Notes: generated from the letters alone by a model not told the origin. Counted from the stretch's first letter, positions 9,301 to 16,200 are shown. The stretch: DNA of 20,000 nucleotides from an uncultured virus (IMG/VR IMGVR_UViG_3300032093_000023) (IMGVR_UViG_3300032093_000023); one strand, 5' to 3'. Translations and numbers: made by a program.

Positions 9301-10158
9301 GCCTATCAGAGTTTCTTTATTTTCCATTTCGTTTGTTTTTATTTCTCCACCGTTATTATATTTTTCGGGATTATGCCCCCAAATTAATAAACTTGTATGT
9401 TTCCTTGTTTTACTTCCTTTGTCATCATATAAATCACCTTTCATTCCACTCATACGGCTTATGAAACTTATTTGTTTTTTAGCCCATCTCCACATATTAG
9501 GTGTCCATTTAGTGTAAGGAATGTCCAACATTTTTAATATCCATCTTGCACTTTCTCTACCGCTATCAATACCTTTTTCTTTGGTTTCTGATGCACTTAA
9601 TCCAGCTTCTTTACCCTCTTTACTTTCGTAAAAATTTTGTAATTCAGATTTACTCATATTAACTAAACTTTTCCATTTAGTATATGTTTCTTTGTCTAAT
9701 GCTTTTCCTTCTTTGGTATTGTAAAACTCTTTAGCTTCACTTTTACTCATTTTTTCAACGGCTTTCCATTTATTTTTAATTTCTCCGCCACCTTTAAACT
9801 CATCACTATAATTACTAATATTACAACTTTTTTCAGATTGCATTATATTTACAATTTCTTTACAAGTTCCAGTTATATTTCTTTTTTTTGGATTTAATAC
9901 AGTTAATTTACAAAGTATAAAATCTACGCTATTAGCTTCGTGTTGCTTAAATTCACAATTAGCATATTCAAATATAGTGTCTAAAATCTCTTTATTGTTT
10001 TTGTTTTTAAACTCAAATATTTTTTCGCTTTGCATAGCATTCTTGCACAGCTTGTACTCAAATTGCTCAACTTCAATTGGCTTTACGCCATCTACCAATA
10101 CATCTATACCACCTTCTTTGTGAGATTTGCCTGTACTATAAAAACCACTTTTAGCCAT
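6355..10158 (-). CDS. 1267-aa multidomain protein: GxSHxxGGI N-domain, DUF3140-like, DUF5661-like, tandem DNA Pol III beta-clamp-like domains, C-terminal helical module
   Basis: VNMSKSEL...GRESARWIL...SLLIWGHNP (DUF3140-like); EQLSKGMKIESEH...IALDHLSEFIDYYKEL (DUF5661-like); D.(L/I)RP.M.G, TDAH/TNAH, YP.Y..VIP, FNIK and L(L/I)MP motifs each present twice (DnaN-like). Confidence 0.85.
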   Translation of the reverse strand: MAKSGFYSTGKSHKEGGIDVLVDGVKPIEVEQFEYKLCKNAMQSEKIFEFKNKNNKEILDTIFEYANCEFKQHEANSVDFILCKLTVLNPKKRNITGTCKEIVNIMQSEKSCNISNYSDEFKGGGEIKNKWKAVEKMSKSEAKEFYNTKEGKALDKETYTKWKSLVNMSKSELQNFYESKEGKEAGLSASETKEKGIDSGRESARWILKMLDIPYTKWTPNMWRWAKKQISFISRMSGMKGDLYDDKGSKTRKHTSLLIWGHNPEKYNNGGEIKTNEMENKETLIGGKADKLTIEDIANKHKVSIEYAKEQLSKGMKIESEHTKDTEKQKEIALDHLSEFIDYYKELDKMEEKLNAEKMNAEFDTENKGKYYINKTGEVVRSEINDLKDFMEDKLKEEETGKTINSYSVKNWDEVPQVWKNTNEIKKVNFVNSPYNKELIKIVTPFTGTDALRPIMSGVHFDENGITCTDAHKLITLPYPNKDFNGTYATVSKKYLADAEIKKDLFTVKKYPNYEAVIPKASDAIRVHEISIYKILQYTNVAQNYVNKSSHQAVYSLGDTSIGFNIKFLTDILETALKLGHKKIYAFTKNPNNAVVFSTSKNYSVGKDEIFLLMPTIVYTSNDDVVVNGAFELDFSRELLVYYDFSKDAIVNQDGTIAEFKMNYGNYDVIKSSDIKMLKDFGGKNPAIVLLENFKVDNGKIYAASYESGENYLTIKNIDLKDGIYNLLNNAIEYNPNEAISGFDEFPNPKTDLGETKLKFIINSEVFTHYIKTAVDFTGNDDIRPVMMGILLDYNNNQLFLVSTNAHIMFKKNITEYCEINKDIADFQVILPKINLLKFLDNIDESPLVVTCTPNYIKFENDGYEFITRKIDGRYPAYNGVIPTYKSKKLNINIKDLFICINSDEAKSFIKENAKTDISIYDKPTKNNELDIYLGITNRSELKIEKEVKICTVNYTKEEGNFQMKDSVYLIMPMILPIDCNFVFNIKYFREILEVCNTETLELYYDEKNRAYIIQGDALSYSKTINSKKKESAKPVKVGTFESITEIDNDAANSFNEIYKEWNKIKTKNQWDKWAEKVRLLKYGTYQNKNILDMFENYDLKYPNEVIKRDFLVELHKALKLKVPENLKTKTEIKTEPIDETFIPEVKEQSNEQTELKEAIDTFEMLVSLGGSKKELKEWNEAIETFKMLLDSDVENSEYDKAFDKMHKEVINSDKSIKEQNKLIDNWVKENAPKYGVEQFSKGGDITTDKHEDIEKKIMEEQFGKFL

Positions 10159-10177
10159 TTATAAAATTATTTAAACG

Positions 10178-10210
10178 CAAAAATACAAATAAAATGCTAA
10201 CTATAAGCAA
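10178..10210 (-). promoter_or_regulatory. Putative Bacteroidota sigma70 promoter for the large-protein operon
   Basis: -7 element TATTTTTG (10185-10178); TTG at 10210-10208 with a 22-nt spacer, longer than consensus. Confidence 0.5.
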
Positions 10211-10248
10211 ATTATTTGTATTATACAAAATTTAATTAAAATTTATTT

Positions 10249-10614
10249 TTATCCAATAATATTGGAACAAACAATTTTATCCCTATCAATAATTACAACA
10301 TTATTGTGTTCAATCAATCTAAATATGTCATCATTAACCCTTTTTGCGTTAAGTAAATGTTTTGAAATTATAATTTTAGGTATGCCGTTTTCCTCTTCAA
10401 TTAATTCACCTAATTTTTTTTGTAAAACAATAGGATTTATCGTATCTATAATTTTTAAATTATTTTGCCCACTAGAATTATAACTTATAATCACAAGACT
10501 ATTAAGTTTTGGCATTTTACCACCATAAGAATCAGCATAAATGCCTATGTTTTTTACAAAAGAATAATATCCATTTATAAAGATGTTTTCGTTTTCTTTA
10601 ATGTATGTATCCAT
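10249..10614 (-). CDS. Hypothetical protein
   Basis: 121-aa ORF that tiles with its neighbours. Confidence 0.7.
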   Translation of the reverse strand: MDTYIKENENIFINGYYSFVKNIGIYADSYGGKMPKLNSLVIISYNSSGQNNLKIIDTINPIVLQKKLGELIEEENGIPKIIISKHLLNAKRVNDDIFRLIEHNNVVIIDRDKIVCSNIIG

Positions 10615-10619
10615 ATTAT

Positions 10620-11027
10620 TTATTTTTTATTAAGTTGTTCAACTTGCCCTTCGTACAAATGACCTTGCTCTTTTAGATATAAGTCAATTACTGTTTTTAC
10701 TTTCTCTAAATCGCTCAAAAACTCCCCCTTTTTTCTGCATCTCACAATTCTTTTTATCAAATCAAATTCATAAGCATTTAATTTATGCTGTTCTGCAAAT
10801 AGGTAAAGTGAACCGTTTGTATTGTCGTAGTGGCTGTTTGAAATTTCCATTTTTTTCATACTATTTGCTTTTTTGTTAATTAATACTTTATCCTCTGCCA
10901 TTTTTATAATCTCATTTATAATCCAAACTTGGTCTTTTTTTAGTGATGGCGTAAAAATAGTGCTACTCATATTTGGTTCTATTTGCCTTAACTCTTTTAT
11001 AAAATCTTCTAAAATTTCTATATCCAT
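10620..11027 (-). CDS. Protein with a C-terminal DUF3310 (SaV-like) domain
   Basis: SHY...YEFDLIKRIVRCRKKGEFLSDLEK resembles the DUF3310 pattern; possible internal start at 10859. Confidence 0.65.
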   Translation of the reverse strand: MDIEILEDFIKELRQIEPNMSSTIFTPSLKKDQVWIINEIIKMAEDKVLINKKANSMKKMEISNSHYDNTNGSLYLFAEQHKLNAYEFDLIKRIVRCRKKGEFLSDLEKVKTVIDLYLKEQGHLYEGQVEQLNKK

Positions 11028-11038
11028 ACTTTTATTTT

Positions 11039-11311
11039 TTATATACTTTTTAATTCACTAATTAGTTTTTCAGTTTCCAAAATTAATGGTTCTAATAAAT
11101 AGCTTTGAATAGGATTAATACAACTTTGTAATTTACGTTCTTCGTTTATATCACTATACAAATTAATTAATTTACGCCTAACAACTTCTTTTCCGTTTAT
11201 ATCCCAATAATCATTTATTTGTTTCTCTTGGTGTTTTTGCCAAGCTATAGGTTTATGAATAATTAAATTATCATTCATTAATTTCTGTGCTTTTATTTTT
11301 ATATTATCCAT
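11039..11311 (-). CDS. Hypothetical protein
   Basis: 90-aa ORF; TAGTATG coupling to the upstream gene. Confidence 0.7.
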   Translation of the reverse strand: MDNIKIKAQKLMNDNLIIHKPIAWQKHQEKQINDYWDINGKEVVRRKLINLYSDINEERKLQSCINPIQSYLLEPLILETEKLISELKSI

Positions 11312-11312
11312 A

Positions 11313-11717
11313 CTATTGCCAACCTTTTACGATTTGTTTTAATTGTTTTGTGTTTGCCTTGAACCATTCTTTGTCAATTACTTTTAATATTATATGAGGA
11401 TAATATTTAGCCATACGAGCTATTTTAGTTTTGCTTTTAGCGTCTAGGTATCCTTTTACCTCTCTCAATTCAAAAGTTCCATTGTTATGTATTATTTCAA
11501 AATCTGGCAAATAACTTACAACTCCACGTTTAATGCCATCAAACCACCATGTTCTTGGCTCGTGTAACCAATCTTTAATTAAACCATTCTCCTTACAAAA
11601 CTCTAAATAACAAGCATAGTTAGCTTCCCATTTTGAACGAGCGTATAATCTCTTACCGCCTATTTCAAGCCATTGCTGTTTCCAGCCAGTTTTTAGTCTA
11701 TTATTTAATGGGTGCAT
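11313..11717 (-). CDS. PD-(D/E)xK restriction-fold endonuclease (DUF1064-like)
   Basis: RSKWEANYA...YLPDFEI...ELREVKGY; likely ATG at 11717 (MHPLNNR), immediately after the upstream stop. Confidence 0.8.
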   Translation of the reverse strand: MHPLNNRLKTGWKQQWLEIGGKRLYARSKWEANYACYLEFCKENGLIKDWLHEPRTWWFDGIKRGVVSYLPDFEIIHNNGTFELREVKGYLDAKSKTKIARMAKYYPHIILKVIDKEWFKANTKQLKQIVKGWQ

Positions 11718-11718
11718 A

Positions 11719-12012
11719 TTAGTTCTTGTTTTCAGATTGCAGAACAAGTATAACACCCCAAGCAAAAACAATTCTTAAATATGGGCTTGGATGTTTTTTA
11801 TTAGGTAAACTTATTGGAACATCTAAGCATTTAGCTAACTCTTGAATAGTTAAGGCATCTACTCCACTTATAATATCTGTTGTAAAACAGTCATAGTAAG
11901 CATTTTTACTTCTATTAATTTTAGCTAAATCGGATATTGTGTTTAGCAATATTTGAACCGAATCATAAGCATTTATCTTCATGTCAATTACTAAGTTTTT
12001 TAAATCTCGCAT
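11719..12012 (-). CDS. Hypothetical protein
   Basis: 97-aa ORF downstream of a conserved promoter. Confidence 0.7.
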   Translation of the reverse strand: MRDLKNLVIDMKINAYDSVQILLNTISDLAKINRSKNAYYDCFTTDIISGVDALTIQELAKCLDVPISLPNKKHPSPYLRIVFAWGVILVLQSENKN

Positions 12013-12039
12013 AAAAATAGTGTTTATTTTAATATTTCG

Positions 12040-12072
12040 CTAAATTAATCATTATTTAATGAATATACAACT
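12040..12072 (-). promoter_or_regulatory. Promoter with the conserved AGTTGTATATTCATTAAATA element
   Basis: TTG(12070-12068)-N20-TAATTTAG(12047-12040), one mismatch to TAnnTTTG. Confidence 0.6.
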
Positions 12073-12417
12073 TTATTTAATAATCTCACAATTTCCACTA
12101 ATATATTTAGATATTCTTGGTTCTGCAACTGACTCATAAAATACACTTGGTCTTTTTTCAAAGTTAAAATCAGACTTATGAGCATTAATACCAAAACCTC
12201 CATCTACTCTAAAAACATTGAAACAATTGCCGTTTTTCCTATCAATAAGCATATCATTTTCGTATATCTCATCTCCATTCATATCTTTTAGATTGATATA
12301 TTGTTCTAAAATATCATCTCCTAAATGAGGTGTACAATCTTGTAAAGTTTTTAAATCAACAAAAACTTTCTTCTCTATATTTTGTATTTTAAGATTTTGT
12401 CTAAATTTAATTTCCAT
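12073..12417 (-). CDS. yopX: YopX family protein
   Basis: MEIKFR...LEQYINLKDMNGDEIYENDML signature. Confidence 0.8.
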   Translation of the reverse strand: MEIKFRQNLKIQNIEKKVFVDLKTLQDCTPHLGDDILEQYINLKDMNGDEIYENDMLIDRKNGNCFNVFRVDGGFGINAHKSDFNFEKRPSVFYESVAEPRISKYISGNCEIIK

Positions 12418-12431
12418 TTTATTATTTATTT

Positions 12432-12629
12432 TTAATCATTTTCCTCTAAAATATCTGTAATTAACCTAGAAGCTAGTAATTGTTCATATTTAGTGTATTT
12501 TACGCCATACACGTTATTTTGAATAATGTTATACATATACTTTATTCGTCTAAATTTTGACAGTTTTTCGTTAGTTAATGGGTCAATTACGTTTTTATCA
12601 CTTAAATATTTTGTTATAACTCTTTCCAT
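12432..12629 (-). CDS. Hypothetical protein
   Basis: 65-aa ORF with an A-rich leader. Confidence 0.65.
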   Translation of the reverse strand: MERVITKYLSDKNVIDPLTNEKLSKFRRIKYMYNIIQNNVYGVKYTKYEQLLASRLITDILEEND

Positions 12630-12659
12630 TTTTTTTATTTACTTTTATGTATTTTTAGA

Positions 12660-12830
12660 TTACCCCTAGAATACTAACTATGCTAACATACGATTTAGTG
12701 AATTTCATTTAACAACTGCGGACACCACAACCATTAAAGAGGATTTATTCAGTCTTCGATACCTTGTACTTCGGTCTGACTTCTTTAATATTTACAAGGC
12801 TGTTAATTCAGGTACATCGCTACCTAAAGA
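12660..12830. ncRNA. Candidate structured RNA with a pseudoknot (unassigned family)
   Basis: Relatively GC-rich gap with no long ORF; ATTAAAGA(12733-40)/TCTTTAAT(12782-89) crosses CCTTGTA(12762-68)/TACAAGG(12793-99). Confidence 0.35.
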
Positions 12831-12860
12831 TTGGATTAATTGTGTGTTGTTGTTTGTCAT
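12792..12860 (-). CDS. 22-aa small ORF (MTNNNTQLIQSLGSDVPELTAL)
   Basis: Start context AAAAACAAATAGTATG identical to that of the 13020 gene; coupled to the upstream TAG. Confidence 0.4.
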   Translation of the reverse strand: MTNNNTQLIQSLGSDVPELTAL

Positions 12861-12861
12861 A

Positions 12862-13020
12862 CTATTTGTTTTTAATATAAGAGTTTATAATGTTATTTGA
12901 TTTTGCTAATGCCATACGAGCATCTGAAAATAAACCATTTGGAGCTTTTAACAACTCTTCGTTTGCTAATTTTATAGCCTTTTTAATCTCATTAAGGTCG
13001 GCTAAAGTTACTTTATACAT
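12862..13020 (-). CDS. Hypothetical protein, 52 aa
   Basis: Manual translation MYKVTLADLNEIKKAIKLANEELLKAPNGLFSDARMALAKSNNIINSYIKNK; directly downstream of a consensus promoter. Confidence 0.7.
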   Translation of the reverse strand: MYKVTLADLNEIKKAIKLANEELLKAPNGLFSDARMALAKSNNIINSYIKNK

Positions 13021-13042
13021 ACTATTTGTTTTTAAATTTATT

Positions 13043-13074
13043 CAAATTTAAGTATATTTAATGAATATACAACT
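13043..13074 (-). promoter_or_regulatory. Consensus Bacteroidota promoter containing the conserved element
   Basis: TTG(13072-13070)-N19-TAAATTTG(13050-13043). Confidence 0.8.
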
Positions 13075-13122
13075 ATATATCTTTAAATAAGTTTTAAGTT
13101 ATTGAATATTAGTTTGTTTAAT

Positions 13123-13305
13123 TTAATATTTGACTGCTAAAGATACTGAATATTCATAACTTAAACTATCAATTTTATTAGATAATTTAACTCTGTCACA
13201 AACTTTCATTCTTTTCATGCAATCTTCATTGTTCCAATTTTCTAAATTATGAAACAATTGTTCTTCTAATTTTTTAATTTCAATTAAGTTGTCTGCTATT
13301 TTCAT
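13123..13305 (-). CDS. Hypothetical protein
   Basis: 60-aa ORF. Confidence 0.6.
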   Translation of the reverse strand: MKIADNLIEIKKLEEQLFHNLENWNNEDCMKRMKVCDRVKLSNKIDSLSYEYSVSLAVKY

Positions 13306-13327
13306 AATTTTATGTTGTTATTTATTT

Positions 13328-13591
13328 TTAAATTGATTTTTTTAAAATGTATTTACAATAATTGCTATAAGTGTTAAATTTTTTTCTTTTTATAGAATTA
13401 ATATAACAAATTTTAATTCTATAAGTATAATTTTTGAATTTATTAGTATAGTCAAGTCCAAGTTTTTTACAACTTGGTATTAATATATTCGTACTCCATT
13501 CTATTTTTAGATAAATGTTAAAAAAAGAAAGTGCATTAAAAATATAATGAATTAATTTATACTTTTTAAATATGTTGTTGGTTTTATACAT
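13328..13591 (-). CDS. Hypothetical protein
   Basis: 87-aa ORF, extremely AT-rich. Confidence 0.55.
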   Translation of the reverse strand: MYKTNNIFKKYKLIHYIFNALSFFNIYLKIEWSTNILIPSCKKLGLDYTNKFKNYTYRIKICYINSIKRKKFNTYSNYCKYILKKSI

Positions 13592-13691
13592 AATTATACT
13601 GTTTTTAGTTTACCAAATTTTTCTACTTTACTCGCCCAAAATTGGTTAAAATCACTACTTACATCTACTTCGTGTATTTCCGTTTTATTTT

Positions 13692-13913
13692 TTATTGGTT
13701 ATTAGTTAAATTATCAAAAAAGAATCTAAAATTATCTGCAACTAATTTTATTTGAGTTAATTCTGCTGTCGTATAATTGTTTTGTTTAAATTCAATATAC
13801 TGACTTGCATATATTGAAGCAACCCAAATGTCATCATTCTTATCTCTGCAAATAATACAATCTGGAGCTTCGCTATTAGCATACTTAGGAGATAAATAAA
13901 TTAAGGTTCTCAT
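13692..13913 (-). CDS. Hypothetical protein
   Basis: 73-aa ORF. Confidence 0.7.
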   Translation of the reverse strand: MRTLIYLSPKYANSEAPDCIICRDKNDDIWVASIYASQYIEFKQNNYTTAELTQIKLVADNFRFFFDNLTNNQ

Positions 13914-13915
13914 AA

Positions 13916-14047
13916 TTAGTGTTTTTTAGTTAATATTAAAATTTGTTTGTAAAACTTTTGTTTATCAGAGTTTGTTCTTTTTAATAGGCTAAACATATAA
14001 TAATCTTGAATAAGATTTTTTACGAATATTTTTTGAGTTGCTGTCAT
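13916..14047 (-). CDS. Hypothetical protein, 43 aa
   Basis: Manual translation MTATQKIFVKNLIQDYYMFSLLKRTNSDKQKFYKQILILTKKH; first ORF after a consensus promoter. Confidence 0.6.
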   Translation of the reverse strand: MTATQKIFVKNLIQDYYMFSLLKRTNSDKQKFYKQILILTKKH

Positions 14048-14063
14048 GTTTACTAATTTTTAT

Positions 14064-14095
14064 CAAAGTTAAGGATATTTAACGAATATACAACT
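14064..14095 (-). promoter_or_regulatory. Consensus Bacteroidota promoter containing the conserved element
   Basis: TTG(14093-14091)-N19-TAACTTTG(14071-14064). Confidence 0.8.
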
Positions 14096-14104
14096 TAATG
14101 TATA

Positions 14105-14145
14105 AAAATAAATGCAACTGACTGATTATCAATTGTATTTATTTT
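14105..14145. repeat. Imperfect AT-rich inverted repeat downstream of ndpA (terminator or protein-binding site)
   Basis: AAAATAAATGCAACTGA-N7-TCAATTGTATTTATTTT, two non-Watson-Crick positions. Confidence 0.4.
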
Positions 14146-14151
14146 AATTAA

Positions 14152-15225
14152 CTACATTTCATCGTGAATAAAATACACCTTGTAAAAGCCCATAGCCTTG
14201 TCATCATCATAGCCTTTCTCAACTAAATCGTGCCTACCATGAATATACAAGTGAAAGTTTTTATCTAATTTAATAACACTTTTAGCATACTTATTTTTTT
14301 CTTTTACGGCTGTTTTAGATATATCGAAAGTATCCTCAGATTTAATATCGTGAATTTGATTATACTTTTCTTTGTGCGACTTAAAAGCTTCGATTACATC
14401 ATCCTGCCCTTGTAAAACATGATTATTAAAATCATTTTCATCAAAGACATCATTATCTTTAAAATAATTAACAGATTTATTAAGCACAGATAATTGGTCT
14501 TTTTTATCTACATTATTTTCATTAGTCAAAACCTCTTCGCAAAATGATACACATTGGTTTAATGCGTGGCTTGTGTGGTAATAGGCATTGTGTTTCAATT
14601 TAACTCCTAAAAAATCTTCTGTCCAATAAAATGAAGCCTCAGCTATTTTAGCAGATTTATCAATAATTGAAATTTTATATCCGTTTTCAGAATCAGTATT
14701 AAATATTAAAACACCTCTATCTAATTTATCTAAACCACATCCTGAATCAGTTATAATACGGCTTTCGTTTTCATTGCTTGAATTTTGACTTGGCACAATA
14801 TCTAATTTAATAAACGTGTCTACTGTTTCAGACTTAAATATACCTACAGCATCACAAATTACGCCATCTACCATAACCTCTTTTAAATAAGCAAAATACA
14901 ACTCACCGCCTTTAATTTTTGGGTGCAAAGTTTGGTTGTAAAGTAATTCAGCTATTTTTTGAGAGCTTTCTAAAAATGTAGTTTTGTACTTAAATATACT
15001 TTCAATATAGTTTTTTACGCCATAAATATTTACTTCACTTGGCTTAAATTGATAATAAATATCATTTTTAAAACCATTGGTTAAATACTGTACCATTGTG
15101 TTTTTAGTAAAGTCATCTTTAAATTCAAACTCTTTGTCTGTTTTTAAGATTGCTTCTCCTAATCCTTTGTTTCCTACATAATGTGCTGCAAAATTTGTTA
15201 ATTGCATCCTTGTTAACTCTATCAT
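14152..15225 (-). CDS. ndpA: Nucleoid-associated protein, NdpA/YejK family, Bacteroidota type
   Basis: HYVGNK...HPKIKGGELYFAY...AVGIFKSE...KLDRGVLIFN...YWTEDFL...KSVIKLDKNFHLYIHG...YKVYF. Confidence 0.85.
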   Translation of the reverse strand: MIELTRMQLTNFAAHYVGNKGLGEAILKTDKEFEFKDDFTKNTMVQYLTNGFKNDIYYQFKPSEVNIYGVKNYIESIFKYKTTFLESSQKIAELLYNQTLHPKIKGGELYFAYLKEVMVDGVICDAVGIFKSETVDTFIKLDIVPSQNSSNENESRIITDSGCGLDKLDRGVLIFNTDSENGYKISIIDKSAKIAEASFYWTEDFLGVKLKHNAYYHTSHALNQCVSFCEEVLTNENNVDKKDQLSVLNKSVNYFKDNDVFDENDFNNHVLQGQDDVIEAFKSHKEKYNQIHDIKSEDTFDISKTAVKEKNKYAKSVIKLDKNFHLYIHGRHDLVEKGYDDDKAMGFYKVYFIHDEM

Positions 15226-15226
15226 A

Positions 15227-15520
15227 CTATTTTTTATTTTTAGGTTTTATATTTTTTATTTCGCCAGTTTCTTTTGATTTTAACTTTATATTTAACAAAT
15301 CATTTTTACCATCATCAACCCAAATAAATTTAGTTTTAGCGATTTCAGAATTTAATTTGTTTTTATACTCTGGGTGATTTTCTTTGATTTTAACAAAAGT
15401 GTGATTTACATGGTTAAGCCATAATAAAAAATCAATGCCTAAACGTTGTTCATTTTCAGGAGTAACAATATTAACTAATTGCTCAATTGTTTCAATTTCG
15501 TATTCTTTAGGTTTTTTCAT
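15227..15520 (-). CDS. Hypothetical protein
   Basis: 97-aa ORF; TAGTATG coupling to ndpA. Confidence 0.75.
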   Translation of the reverse strand: MKKPKEYEIETIEQLVNIVTPENEQRLGIDFLLWLNHVNHTFVKIKENHPEYKNKLNSEIAKTKFIWVDDGKNDLLNIKLKSKETGEIKNIKPKNKK

Positions 15521-15543
15521 ACTATTTTGTTTTTATTTATTGT

Positions 15544-15732
15544 TTATATTTTTCTTATTATTTGATTTTCATCTATTTCTTCAATCTCACTTTCAGATAC
15601 TTTCCAATCTTCGTTTAAAATAATCCAATGCGAATGTTTTTTACCGTACAATATAAAAATTATGTATTTTCCAATAGTCCATTCTCCATCATATTTTACG
15701 TGGTAAAAACCTTCTTGTCTGTTTTTCTGCAT
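15544..15732 (-). CDS. Hypothetical phage protein
   Basis: 62 aa, RQEGFYHVKYDGEWTIGKY...EIDENQI. Confidence 0.7.
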   Translation of the reverse strand: MQKNRQEGFYHVKYDGEWTIGKYIIFILYGKKHSHWIILNEDWKVSESEIEEIDENQIIRKI

Positions 15733-15744
15733 AACATCCGTTTT

Positions 15745-15930
15745 TTAAAGTGTATAAACAACTACTAAACAATCTTTTTTTAATGGACATTTATCAGGAA
15801 CAGTATTATTTTTAATGTTATCTTGGCTTATAATCATATTGCTATAATCATTTATATTCTTAAAAATTGGGTGATAACATTCAATTCCATCCATAGTTTT
15901 TTTTAAAAAACGGATAATTATTACAACCAT
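15745..15930 (-). CDS. Hypothetical protein
   Basis: 61 aa, ends with a VPDKCPLK motif. Confidence 0.6.
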   Translation of the reverse strand: MVVIIIRFLKKTMDGIECYHPIFKNINDYSNMIISQDNIKNNTVPDKCPLKKDCLVVVYTL

Positions 15931-15954
15931 TTATTTTAATTTCCTGCTCCATAC

Positions 15955-16200
15955 CTAAAATATAAATAGTTTTTCTACTGGTGTTTTTAGTGCCTTACCT
16001 ATTCTCAAGGCTGTTGGTAAACTTACACACATTCGTTGGTTGTTTAGTATTCTACTTACAAAGCTTGGACACATACCGCAAATTTCAGCCAACTCTTCGG
16101 CTATAACTCCCTTTTGCTCCATATATAATTTAATATTGTTGCCGATAAGCTTATGCTTAGTTTTTCGGATTTTCTTTAGTTTTTCTTTCGTATTTTCCAT
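15955..16200 (-). CDS. XRE/Cro-C1 family helix-turn-helix regulator
   Basis: IGNNIKLYMEQKGVIAEELAEICGMCPSFVSRILNNQR..SLPTALRIGKALKTPVEKLF; likely ATG at 16200. Confidence 0.85.
   Translation of the reverse strand: MENTKEKLKKIRKTKHKLIGNNIKLYMEQKGVIAEELAEICGMCPSFVSRILNNQRMCVSLPTALRIGKALKTPVEKLFIF

Noticed and set aside
6355..10158. Calling the gene dnaN, or the region a chromosomal dnaA-dnaN origin
   Set aside because: The clamp-like domains are embedded in a 1267-aa mosaic, and the DnaA-like gene lacks the AAA+ domain and lies 6 kb away among phage-type genes.
12660..12875. tmRNA (AAATAGT followed by a short Asn-rich ORF ending in TAL and a pseudoknot)
   Set aside because: No tRNA-like acceptor or T-arm ends were found, and the AAATAGTATG context is simply this genome's usual start signal.
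12053..14095. CRISPR array or iteron set suggested by repeats about 1 kb apart
   Set aside because: The repeats are about 20 nt, separated by whole genes and coincide with promoters; the 1-kb spacing is probably coincidental.
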